A stretch of 59,752 nt of DNA, counting the filler. It is 4 parts of 4 records of this genome, joined end to end, with 100 filler letters (N's around TTAATTAATTAA, not from the genome) between each part and the next. Parts side by side here need not be neighbours in the genome. Positions count along the whole stretch, not along the records: positions 31,676 to 53,015 come from SRR2962707_1183; 3 more parts are not named here. One strand, given 5' to 3'. Of the stretch, positions 31,969 to 41,256 are shown piece after piece. The notes below the pieces were generated by a model that was not told where the DNA came from, ran no database searches, and worked only from the letters and a program-made list of their open reading frames with translations. Position numbers and translations under genes: made by a program. Position 1 is the first letter of the stretch. The number at the start of each line of letters is the position of its first letter.

Positions 31969-34900
31969 ATGATTCCAATAGAAGACGCTAATAAATACAT
32001 CGAAAAACATCAAAAACCAGAAGTAGACCGTTTTGAATTTCGGTTGTTCTCTGAACCTTATAAAATTTTAGGGAAAATATTAGGAAGAATCGAAAAAGAA
32101 GAAAGAGTATGGTATAATGTTTCAGATTTTATTGCAGCATTTGATGATCCGCTTACTATAAATCCTTGGTCGAATGAAGAAGGTATGCGCCTAGCAATGC
32201 AACTTTACGGGGTGGTACATGCACCTTATCTAGCTGGCATGTGGGATTTTATGAACACACTACCTTATCAAAAAGGTTATGATAGACAAGCATTTAGATC
32301 AAAACCATCAAAAGATATTTTAATTAATAAAATAAATTACTTAATCCGATTTTTACAATTTAGTAGAATGGGTTATAATGGATTAACACTTCAAGAACAC
32401 TTTATATACAGTACGTATCATCCTAATTTTAGCAGTTATTTTTTAGCCTCAGTTCTTCACAATGCCGAAGGAGTTTTCGATGAATTACTAGACAATATTA
32501 TTCAAGGTGAAGATGAAATTGGAGGAATTAGTGCAGATATTATTAAAGCGCTGTTACTTTCTGATGAGGAAAAACATTGGGAGATGGTCTCTAAATTATT
32601 ACTTGCGGCTCAACGCCAAGAAGGTTTAAGGCAAACCATTTTAGAATCGCTAGACGAGTCTAGTCTTGGTGCGCTTAAACATATAATCAATGTGGTATTA
32701 GAAAATGATTTAACACGCTTTAGTAGTGTAACTAGAGCTGTTAGTACTTGGTTTGGCTTAAGATGGGATCTCCCTAAAAAACCAGTTATAAATCGTGTTT
32801 TAACACTTGCACAATCTTTAATTTTAAATTTAAAAGAAGTAGATGGCTATCTTAAAAGTAAAGACAATTTAGAAGTTTTAGTCGGTTTATGGGCTATAGG
32901 AATTTTAGACGTCGATACAGCAAATAGGAAAGCACTAGATATAGTTTTCTCTTCCGAAGATAGAAACAAGAAGATTTTAGCATTGTATTTTATTTGGAAA
33001 ACAGAGCGTACTAATGATGCCTTAGTACCATATTTTACTAAAGAGCTAGGAAAAGATTATGCATTAGACCATTGGATGGCGGTAAACTTACCTCCTACCA
33101 CATTAAATAATGATACTTTTGAGCGCCTATTAACGGTTGCAAAATCTGTGACAGAAAAAGGCAAAACCTTCGAAAGTAAAATATTCTCGTGGTGGAGCTT
33201 TACACCTGAACCAACGTATTTCTTCCAGTTTATTATCAATAGCGCTACAGAAGCACAATTAGAGTTAATGGCGAACGATTTTGAAGAATTTCCTACAGAA
33301 TATAGAGAAACCTATATTCGTAAAGTATTTCCTTTACATTATAGCTATTCTTTTAATAATTATCAGCAACAGTCTAAGAAAAAAGAGCGCCTCAATTATG
33401 ACCAAAATTTTTGGAAAAGAGCTTTAGCTAGACGTGCTATTTATAACCGAAATGAGGTAGTTATGGCTACGGGATTGAATTTATTTAGTAAAATGCATTT
33501 GTATGACGCAGATTTGGAAATTGCTGAAGATTTACTAAGACGAAAACATAAAGGATTACGTACCTCTTTAATTCAGTTGTTGGTTGACTTGCCAGTAGAC
33601 CGCTTAAGAAAGAGTGTTACAAATTTAGTAACAGCAAAAAATATTGATCAGCGATTAGCTGGTTTAGAAGTATTAACTATTTTACACGACGCCAATAGAC
33701 AATCGGATTTTATTGAAACGCAAATAAGCCTTTATAACGAGCGTCCTAAAATCTCTAAAAACGAACAAGTCTATTTAGATAAGTTTTCAAACAATACGCA
33801 AGAATATAATTATAATAATGGTTTTGGAGCGGTAAATTATGATGATTTATCACCACTTTATATTCCACAATCTCATTTTAAAACAAAAACTAGTTTTTTA
33901 GATAAATTAGGAATTTCAACCTCAGACTCTTCATCCTTTAAGTTTAAAGAATTTATTAATGTCAACAAAATAGTTACTCAAGTAAATCTATTGATTGCTC
34001 TTGTTACCGAAAACCGACATTATGAATACCAAATGGAAGGGTATCAAGGAGAAATGCATACTACATATATAGAGAAAGGGCTTCACCAAATAAAAGAATT
34101 GAGGGATGATGCTACAGCAGAAGACCATTTGCATAATATTCCTTTAGCCCACTTATGGATAGAATGGTATAAAAAAAGTGAGCTCAATGATTTTGAAATG
34201 TATGCTGCCATACGTTATATCAATAATAGTAGTTACCCTTACGGATATTATAAAATATTAGAACCATTTTTAAGGCAATATTACCCAGACTTATCTGGAT
34301 TAAGTATAGGAAATAAAGACACCCATTACTCTAGGTTAAATAGTTATAACAAAATTTTAAAGCGTTTATTTAGGGCATATGTAGACACCAGCACAGTAGC
34401 CGACTTTAAACTTCATATGTTCGAAGACATGATTGCTAATTTCCCTGATAAATTTAAATTAATAAAGTTTCAAGATAATGGTTACCATTATACAACAACT
34501 TATAATTGGACAAGTATAATACTTCAATTAACCCCAAATTTTAGTGTCAATAATTTAAACCAACTTACTTCAGAGCAACTTTTAAAGTACTGGAATATTA
34601 AAATGTATTTAATAGCACAAAACATTACACACCCTACAGTTGCTTCAAATATTAAAGTGCTTACTGATAATTCAGAAAAAAGAAGTAATCTGGAATTTCC
34701 TGAGATTGAAACCACCTTAAAACTATATGAAAACGGTTTAATTAACAACGATGATTTACTTCTCCAAGCTTTAAATAAAAATCAATTAATAACCATTATT
34801 GATGGTGGTTTTAATTATAGGATGAATTACAAAAATGGATTAAAGCAAAATACAATTCCTAAAGAAGTCTTTCTCCCTTTAAAAACCAATTTATTAGAAA

Positions 34901-36969
34901 CAGAGTTAGAACGAGGAGATTTGGCAACACCTGCTTCTAATTACATTAATGCAATTCATAGAGTTGAAGGTGTTGATTATGTATTCAGAGTTCTAGAACG
35001 TTTAGGAGAAGAAACTTTTGAGCGCGGGTACAGCTATTATGGAGATAGTAAAAAGTCTAAGTTTAGTGCTATCCTCAAAATGACCCAGTTTAAAGACACC
35101 GAATCTTATGCTGATTTTGCTAGTCTTGCAGATGCTTTAAAAATTAGCAAAATACGTTTTATAGAATTGGCGTGTTATGCTACGCAGTGGGCTAGTGTTG
35201 TGGGCCAATATTTAAAAATTGATAATTTAGAAAATGCTGTTTGGTGGTTTCAAGCGCACGCTTCAGATTATATGAATAGCGAAAAAGAAACTATTATTTC
35301 CCGGTACTCTAACATCCCAAAAAACGATTTCTCGTTAGGCGCAATAGATATCGATTGGTTTAATAAAGTATATAATAGCTTAGGTAAAGCAAACTGGAAA
35401 CTACTTCATAAGGCTGCAAAATATATTACAGATGGTAATGGACACAGACAAGTAAAATTATACTCTAGTGTTATACTAGGGGAAGTTAAAATTACCGAAA
35501 CCCTACAAAAAATTAAAGAAAAACGTGATAAAGATTACGTGCGCGCATTAGGATTAATTCCTTTAAGTAAAACCGTTCCAGAAAAAGATTTATTAAAACG
35601 CTACAATCTACTACAAGACTTTTTAAAAGAAAGTAAACAGTTTGGTCAACAACGACAAGAAAGCGAAGCTATTGCAGTGGAGATTGCTTTAGATAATTTA
35701 TCTCGAAATGCGGGCTACCAAGATCGTGTGCGTTTTAGTTGGGCTATGGAAGCAAAAGCTACCCAAGCAATAATGAAAAATGCAGTTATAACCATAGATG
35801 AAACGGTTATAGAACTCGTCATTACAAACCATGGTAAAACAGAGATTAAGGTTTCCAAAGCTGGAAAATTATTAAAAAATATTCCAGCCAAACTACGCAA
35901 AGAAAAACAGGTTATAGCCTTAAAAGACAACAAAACCTATCTTTCTAGACAATACAGTAGAACACGTTTATCATTAGAAAACGCAATGGTCAACGAAGAT
36001 GAATTTACTGCTTTAGAAATTCATAGTATGATGCAACATCCTATTGTACAAGTGATGTTGAGTAAGTTAGTAATGTACGTTCCTCAAAAAGAGATTTCAG
36101 GTTTTTATGATGAAGGTATTTTAACAGATTTTCATGGAAAAACACATTCGTTAGCTGAAGATGATGTTTTGCTTATTGCACATGCTTCTCATTTGTTCCA
36201 AGTAGTTGAATGGGATAGCTACCAAAAATATTTATTTGCAGAACGGATTACCCAACCATTTAAACAAGTTTTTAGAGAATTATATTTAATAACCAATGAT
36301 GAGCGTGAACATAGTAACCGCTCAGAACGTTACCAAGGATATCAAATTCAGCCTAAAAAAACCGTAGCACTTTTAAGAGGTCGTGGTTGGACCGTGAGTA
36401 TGGAAGATGGCTTACAAAAAGTTTATCATAAATACGGTTTTATAGCTACAATGTATGCTATGGCCGACTGGTATTCCCCATCAGATGCCGAAGCACCAAC
36501 CTTGGAGGATATTCGTTTTCACTCTATAGAAAACTATAAAACCATTCCTCTCTCTGAAATTCCACCGGTAATATTTAGTGAAATAATGAGAGACATCGAT
36601 CTTGTAGTTAGTGTTGCTCACGTTGGTGGAGTAGATCCAGAAGCCAGCCATAGTACTATACAAATGCGTGCTGCATTGGCTACAGCTTCAGCAAGCTTAT
36701 TCAAACTTAAAAATAGTACCGTAAAAGAACGTTACATATTTATAAAAGGTACATTTGGCGAATACACCATACATTTAGGAAGTGGTCAGGTAAGCAAAAA
36801 CGGACTTGCATTATCTATCATTCCAGTGCATAGTCAGCATAGAGGTCGTATGTTTTTACCATTTATAGACGACGACCCCAAATCAGCAGAAATTATTTCT
36901 AAAATGAAATTACTTTCAGAAGATCATAAAATACAAGATCCAACAATTTTAGCGCAAATAAATAGCTAA
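31969..36969 (+). CDS. Large DUF4132-family protein (DUF5724/DUF4132-type, 1666 aa)
   Basis: QRQEGLRQTILE, SKQFGQQRQESE, QPFKQVFRELY and FSEIMRDIDLVVSVAHVGGVDPEASHST motifs typical of DUF4132 proteins. Confidence 0.85.
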   Translation: MIPIEDANKYIEKHQKPEVDRFEFRLFSEPYKILGKILGRIEKEERVWYNVSDFIAAFDDPLTINPWSNEEGMRLAMQLYGVVHAPYLAGMWDFMNTLPYQKGYDRQAFRSKPSKDILINKINYLIRFLQFSRMGYNGLTLQEHFIYSTYHPNFSSYFLASVLHNAEGVFDELLDNIIQGEDEIGGISADIIKALLLSDEEKHWEMVSKLLLAAQRQEGLRQTILESLDESSLGALKHIINVVLENDLTRFSSVTRAVSTWFGLRWDLPKKPVINRVLTLAQSLILNLKEVDGYLKSKDNLEVLVGLWAIGILDVDTANRKALDIVFSSEDRNKKILALYFIWKTERTNDALVPYFTKELGKDYALDHWMAVNLPPTTLNNDTFERLLTVAKSVTEKGKTFESKIFSWWSFTPEPTYFFQFIINSATEAQLELMANDFEEFPTEYRETYIRKVFPLHYSYSFNNYQQQSKKKERLNYDQNFWKRALARRAIYNRNEVVMATGLNLFSKMHLYDADLEIAEDLLRRKHKGLRTSLIQLLVDLPVDRLRKSVTNLVTAKNIDQRLAGLEVLTILHDANRQSDFIETQISLYNERPKISKNEQVYLDKFSNNTQEYNYNNGFGAVNYDDLSPLYIPQSHFKTKTSFLDKLGISTSDSSSFKFKEFINVNKIVTQVNLLIALVTENRHYEYQMEGYQGEMHTTYIEKGLHQIKELRDDATAEDHLHNIPLAHLWIEWYKKSELNDFEMYAAIRYINNSSYPYGYYKILEPFLRQYYPDLSGLSIGNKDTHYSRLNSYNKILKRLFRAYVDTSTVADFKLHMFEDMIANFPDKFKLIKFQDNGYHYTTTYNWTSIILQLTPNFSVNNLNQLTSEQLLKYWNIKMYLIAQNITHPTVASNIKVLTDNSEKRSNLEFPEIETTLKLYENGLINNDDLLLQALNKNQLITIIDGGFNYRMNYKNGLKQNTIPKEVFLPLKTNLLETELERGDLATPASNYINAIHRVEGVDYVFRVLERLGEETFERGYSYYGDSKKSKFSAILKMTQFKDTESYADFASLADALKISKIRFIELACYATQWASVVGQYLKIDNLENAVWWFQAHASDYMNSEKETIISRYSNIPKNDFSLGAIDIDWFNKVYNSLGKANWKLLHKAAKYITDGNGHRQVKLYSSVILGEVKITETLQKIKEKRDKDYVRALGLIPLSKTVPEKDLLKRYNLLQDFLKESKQFGQQRQESEAIAVEIALDNLSRNAGYQDRVRFSWAMEAKATQAIMKNAVITIDETVIELVITNHGKTEIKVSKAGKLLKNIPAKLRKEKQVIALKDNKTYLSRQYSRTRLSLENAMVNEDEFTALEIHSMMQHPIVQVMLSKLVMYVPQKEISGFYDEGILTDFHGKTHSLAEDDVLLIAHASHLFQVVEWDSYQKYLFAERITQPFKQVFRELYLITNDEREHSNRSERYQGYQIQPKKTVALLRGRGWTVSMEDGLQKVYHKYGFIATMYAMADWYSPSDAEAPTLEDIRFHSIENYKTIPLSEIPPVIFSEIMRDIDLVVSVAHVGGVDPEASHSTIQMRAALATASASLFKLKNSTVKERYIFIKGTFGEYTIHLGSGQVSKNGLALSIIPVHSQHRGRMFLPFIDDDPKSAEIISKMKLLSEDHKIQDPTILAQINS

Positions 36970-36983
36970 TCTAAAAATCATAA

Positions 36984-37072
36984 GGGCGTTACCTCGCTTA
37001 GGCGGGGTCGGGCTTTCTGTTGCAAGTCCTCGTGCTATCGCACTATGGGCTTTTCACGACAATCCCTAACGC
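36984..37072 (+). ncRNA. Flavo-1-like structured RNA / Flavobacterial intergenic repeat
   Basis: GC-rich island GGGCGTTACC...GGTCGGGCTTTC...CAAGTCCTCG...TGGGCTTTTCA...CAATCCCTAACGC with closing stem GCGTTA/TAACGC; matches my recollection of the Flavo-1 motif. Confidence 0.7.
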
Positions 37073-37090
37073 AAAAAAAATCCGTATACT

Positions 37091-37504
37091 ATGGAACTTA
37101 CATTACAACTAAAAAAACTCGGGAAGAAAAAAGTAAAAGAAGTTCCTTTTACCTTAGAAGAATCACCTAAAAACTTAGAAGCCTTATTAGTTGGTTGTGT
37201 AAAACATCAAGTTGAGGCTTTTAATGCAAAACTACAAGAAGTCAATGTTATTGGTTTTTTAAGTCCAGCCGAAATACAAGAACAAGCGCAAAAGGGTAAA
37301 GTAGATTTTGGAGAAATAACCAACACCGATTTAGCAAATCTGCAAAAAGCAATCGACAATGTTTTATTAGCCTTTAAAGACGGACTCTTTGTAGTCTTTA
37401 TAGACAATAAGGAAATTACCGATTTAAAAACGCCGCTAAAACTAACTTCGAAAAGTATTGTTACCTTTATTAGAATGACATTTTTAGTGGGTACGTATTG
37501 GTAA
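37091..37504 (+). CDS. Conserved hypothetical protein, probable partner of the DUF4132 gene
   Basis: 137 aa; GKVDFG, AFKDGLFVVFID and TFIRMTFLVG segments; same strand directly downstream. Confidence 0.8.
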   Translation: MELTLQLKKLGKKKVKEVPFTLEESPKNLEALLVGCVKHQVEAFNAKLQEVNVIGFLSPAEIQEQAQKGKVDFGEITNTDLANLQKAIDNVLLAFKDGLFVVFIDNKEITDLKTPLKLTSKSIVTFIRMTFLVGTYW

Positions 37505-37584
37505 TTTCTTTTAATTAATTATGAAAGAAGGTTGTCTTTACAATCTATTCTGAATTTGTTTCATTTAATTTAAGCATCCACTAT

Positions 37585-38490
37585 TTACAACCATTCTGTA
37601 TCAATACCCATTTCAATAAACTCATCATAAATAGTATCTTTAGCATAGCATAAGGTTGCTTTTTTTAAATTAGGGAACTGTTTTGCATCGGTACTGTGTT
37701 CAATATCCCAATACTCCACTGCTCCACCAGAAAAAGGAGCTAAATTCATATAAATTTCGTTTCCGCCATCTTGATAGATTTCTGTAACTTCTTCAGCCAA
37801 ACGCTTTGGGATTGGTAAATCTTTAAAATATTGTTCTACTTCAGCAATAGGCCCGTAACCTTCCTCATCAATATCTATCTCGCGACCTCTATACCATTTT
37901 GCAAATTCGTGAATATCAAATTGAGGCTTCAACAATTCTTTAGTATACATTAGCTCTTCAATAACCGATAATTTAAATCCAAAATCTTCGAAAGTAATAA
38001 CTTCTTCATCAAGTCGCTTAATTTTGTATTTATCTTCCGGTATTCCTTCCCAACGCACATACGGTTTGTAAGCACTTATTTCTATTGCGCTAACGGTGTC
38101 TTCGTTCATATCAAACCAAGCACTAATGCCATTCGAGACTAAAGCACCACTATCATCATTTTTAAATAATTTTATATGCTGGTTTTTATGCGATTTATAG
38201 TAGCTTACAATTTCTTGATTGTTGTAATGAAATATCCCTGAAAATGCTTTTTTTGGACTAAAGTCATAGGTTTCAGGTTGTAATTCTATAATTATAGATT
38301 CTATAAGTTCCCCACTTTTTGAGTAAGCCAATATTCCTAGATCATCCCAAGTAAAAATAGTATTGTTTTTCTTCTTTAAGGTTCGATAATTTTTAGTTAA
38401 ATGGTCTTTTAACACATCCAAAGACACTGGAAACTCAACCATTCTTGAATTTATTTGAAAACCTTTTGGAGATAAATGTAACGCAATCAT
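37585..38490 (-). CDS. Two-domain protein with C-terminal DUF6892-like domain (putative immunity protein)
   Basis: FEDFGFKLSVIEELMY...YFKDLPIP...IYQDGGNEIY...FPNLKK motif pattern. Confidence 0.65.
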   Translation of the reverse strand: MIALHLSPKGFQINSRMVEFPVSLDVLKDHLTKNYRTLKKKNNTIFTWDDLGILAYSKSGELIESIIIELQPETYDFSPKKAFSGIFHYNNQEIVSYYKSHKNQHIKLFKNDDSGALVSNGISAWFDMNEDTVSAIEISAYKPYVRWEGIPEDKYKIKRLDEEVITFEDFGFKLSVIEELMYTKELLKPQFDIHEFAKWYRGREIDIDEEGYGPIAEVEQYFKDLPIPKRLAEEVTEIYQDGGNEIYMNLAPFSGGAVEYWDIEHSTDAKQFPNLKKATLCYAKDTIYDEFIEMGIDTEWL

Positions 38491-38508
38491 AAGTCTATTT
38501 TAAGATTT

Positions 38509-38555
38509 CAAAAATAATAGCTTAATCTATATTTTTAATCCCTATCTTCCGTGAT
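38509..38555 (-). promoter_or_regulatory. Regulon promoter 2
   Basis: Minus strand ATCACGGAAGATAGGGAT (38555-38538), 21-bp gap, TATTTTTG (38516-38509). Confidence 0.75.
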
Positions 38556-38622
38556 ATTTTATATCTTGAAGCTATTCCTTTTTAGAATTATTTAAATTAA
38601 CGCATATACTAAAAAGCCAAAA

Positions 38623-38669
38623 ATCCCCTATTTCGGGGATAAAATCTAAAAAGATTAGCTCTAAATTTG
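38623..38669 (+). promoter_or_regulatory. Regulon promoter 3 (vWA/PurA-like operon)
   Basis: ATCCCCTATTTCGGGGAT with perfect 6-bp arms (38623-40), 21-bp gap, TAAATTTG (38662-69). Confidence 0.8.
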
Positions 38670-38685
38670 TTGAAAACCTTTTATT

Positions 38686-39036
38686 ATGGAAGATCAAGTA
38701 AAGAGTGCAGCGTTTATAGCATCATTAAAACGCAATAACGAAAAAATAAGAGACGATCGTGCGCATGCAATTGCAGAAGATGCACAATTAATGTACAAAC
38801 GTGAAACCGAAGATTTGGCATTATCGCTAAAACGCTTAAAACGTGAACAAGAAAATATGCTTGATATGAGCCCTACAGATGCCAACAGTCTGGTCTTAGC
38901 ATCCGATTTTAATGCGAAAGATTACGTAGCAAAAGACATCGAAATGTCTGTAAAAATAAGGAACTTAGAAATAAAATTAGAATTAGCCAAAAAACGTTAT
39001 TTACATTTATTTGGTGGAACAATAAACGAATTATAA
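38686..39036 (+). CDS. Small alpha-helical/coiled-coil hypothetical protein
   Basis: 116 aa with heptad-like charged helices; ends 2 bp before the vWA gene. Confidence 0.85.
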   Translation: MEDQVKSAAFIASLKRNNEKIRDDRAHAIAEDAQLMYKRETEDLALSLKRLKREQENMLDMSPTDANSLVLASDFNAKDYVAKDIEMSVKIRNLEIKLELAKKRYLHLFGGTINEL

Positions 39037-39038
39037 CT

Positions 39039-39905
39039 ATGGGAGGAGGAAGATTTAGTCACGATGCGTATTCTCGATTGAGAAAATCTAAAGGCTACAG
39101 TAATAAATCTAGAGAAGAAATTTTTACGGCTAGACAAATAGATCCTGAAATGGATCCTACAAAAGTAATAGTTAGAGAGTCTCGAGATTCTGAGGAACAT
39201 CCTGAAACGCTTTCTATTATTGTTGCTTTAGATGTAACAGGAAGTATGGGGTTTGTGCCAGAGCATATTGTAAAAGAAGCTTTGCCAGACCTTATTGGTT
39301 CTTTAATGGAAGCTGGTATTGAACATCCACAAGTGTTATTTTTAGGCATTGGAGATTTTATTTATGATAATGCACCATTACAAGTTGGACAATTTGAGTC
39401 ATCAGCAGAGTTATTAGACCGTTGGTTAACCCGAGTTTATTTAGAAGGTGGCGGAGGTGGAAACAATCAAGAAGGCTATAATCTAGCACATTTATTTGCT
39501 GCAAGACATACATCGATTGATTGTTGGGAAAAAAGACAACAAAAAGGATTTTTATTTACCATTGGTGATGAACCTGTTTCTTCTGACATTCCTGCTGAAA
39601 TTATAAAGAGATATACCCTTGCAGATGAGGCAGAAACCATAACTACAGAAGCCATTATTAAAGAGGCTCAAGAGAAATACAATGTTTTTCATATGCATTT
39701 AGAACATAATGAATTGTCTAAGCAAGAAAAACGTAAGGGAAATTGGAAAACGCTTTTAGGCGAAAATTATATGGAAATACCAGATTTTAAATCCGTGGCA
39801 AAACGGATTGCAGAAGTGGTCATTAACAACCATAAACCAGGTGCCGCTACCAATAGATTTAATGCTTCTGGGAGTTCAGATATTAAAGTAGAGAATATGC
39901 TATAA
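39039..39905 (+). CDS. vWA-domain protein
   Basis: MIDAS-like IIVALDVTGSMG, plus FLGIGD, EGGGGGNNQEGY and FTIGDE. Confidence 0.85.
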   Translation: MGGGRFSHDAYSRLRKSKGYSNKSREEIFTARQIDPEMDPTKVIVRESRDSEEHPETLSIIVALDVTGSMGFVPEHIVKEALPDLIGSLMEAGIEHPQVLFLGIGDFIYDNAPLQVGQFESSAELLDRWLTRVYLEGGGGGNNQEGYNLAHLFAARHTSIDCWEKRQQKGFLFTIGDEPVSSDIPAEIIKRYTLADEAETITTEAIIKEAQEKYNVFHMHLEHNELSKQEKRKGNWKTLLGENYMEIPDFKSVAKRIAEVVINNHKPGAATNRFNASGSSDIKVENML

Positions 39906-41039
39906 ATGCAAAAATGTAGTCTTGTTATAGATTTGGGATTTGGTGATGCCGGAAAAGGCTTAACAACAGATTTTCTGGCATCTCAGTGTCCTCAAAAAAG
40001 TATCATCGTTCGATTTTCTGGAGGTCATCAAATTGGCCATACTGTTAGCACAAAAGAACTTACGCATACCTTTAGTAATTTTGGTTCGGGTACGTTATTA
40101 GGAGTACCTACTTATTATACTGAAAATACCACTCTTTTCCCACCTGGGATTCTAAAAGAAGGGAATTTTCTAAAAACATACCAGCCTAAATTATACTTAA
40201 ATCCATTGGCTATGGTAACTACCATTTATGACATAGCCTATAATCGAGCCATTGAAAAACAACAACATCACGGGTCTTGTGGCTTGGGCTTTGGAACAAC
40301 AATCGCTCGAAACAAGGAAGAAGTTTATTTATATGCCAATGATTTAAAATTTCAATGGGTTTTGAAGCAGCGTTTACAAAGCATTAAAACCTACTACCAA
40401 CATAAACTAAAAACCGAGAACAAAAGTGTTCAAGCGTATTACCATAATGAATTAAAAGAATACGATGAAGACTTCTTCATAAATTGCTGTATAGCCATCC
40501 AGAAGTTTTATAATGTAGCCTCACTTTCAGAGTTAGCATTCACTTATGAGCATTTTATTTTTGAAGGTAGTCAGGGTATTCTATTAGATACCCAACACGG
40601 TTTTTATCCACATACCACTTGGAGCTACACCACATCTAAAAATGCTATTCAGCTTATAAAAAAACATTTAAGTGTTTCAGCGGAAATAGACATCTATTAC
40701 ATTACGCGTTGTTATCAAACCCGTCATGGTAATGGACCTATGTCTAACACGGAAGCTGTAACACTTTTGAATAATGAAAATGAAGCAAATATCACCAACG
40801 AATTTCAAGGGGAGTTTAGGACCAAGGCATTGGATCATGAATTACTTAATTACGCCTTAAGTTGTGACTCTATTCATTATCAAAATTTAAAAATTAATAA
40901 ATATTTAATATTGACATGCCTAGATCAACTTCCGGATTTTTCATGTGAAAGCTTACTTCAAAAAGTAAAAACTAAATTCAAAACAGTTTACGGTAGTTAT
41001 GGACCTAAACGCCAATGTATCAAAGTTATTTCAAAATAA
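39906..41039 (+). CDS. Divergent adenylosuccinate-synthetase-like protein (PurA paralog)
   Basis: GFGDAGKG, GGHQIGHT, FEGSQG, YPHTT, TRHGNGP, TCLD and SYGP are collinear with PurA motifs; aspartate-binding loop altered. Confidence 0.88.
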   Translation: MQKCSLVIDLGFGDAGKGLTTDFLASQCPQKSIIVRFSGGHQIGHTVSTKELTHTFSNFGSGTLLGVPTYYTENTTLFPPGILKEGNFLKTYQPKLYLNPLAMVTTIYDIAYNRAIEKQQHHGSCGLGFGTTIARNKEEVYLYANDLKFQWVLKQRLQSIKTYYQHKLKTENKSVQAYYHNELKEYDEDFFINCCIAIQKFYNVASLSELAFTYEHFIFEGSQGILLDTQHGFYPHTTWSYTTSKNAIQLIKKHLSVSAEIDIYYITRCYQTRHGNGPMSNTEAVTLLNNENEANITNEFQGEFRTKALDHELLNYALSCDSIHYQNLKINKYLILTCLDQLPDFSCESLLQKVKTKFKTVYGSYGPKRQCIKVISK

Positions 41040-41185
41040 ATCAGTATGCCAATTGCCAACGCATTAGGCATTTTATAAAAAATGTATTTTTAGATCCAAG
41101 GCAAGCCTTGGTGTATTTAAATTTCCATTATACCGTAAAGTAATTCTGATGCATCACTCTCTAGAAGTATTTCGTTATTTTCAAA

Positions 41186-41232
41186 ATCATTAGTTTCAGG
41201 GATAAAGAACTCATTAGTTCAAAGTACCTTAG
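41186..41232 (+). promoter_or_regulatory. Regulon promoter 4 (operon containing the two-component system)
   Basis: ATCATTAGTTTCAGGGAT (41186-203), 21-bp gap, TACCTTAG (41225-32). Confidence 0.72.
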
Positions 41233-41256
41233 TTGCTTTAAACAACAATAGAGAAA

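Noticed and set aside
39906-41039. PurZ / 2-aminoadenine (Z-DNA) pathway
   Set aside because: The Asp13 equivalent is retained (GDAGKG; PurZ has Ser), and no datZ, mazZ, polymerase or phage genes are nearby
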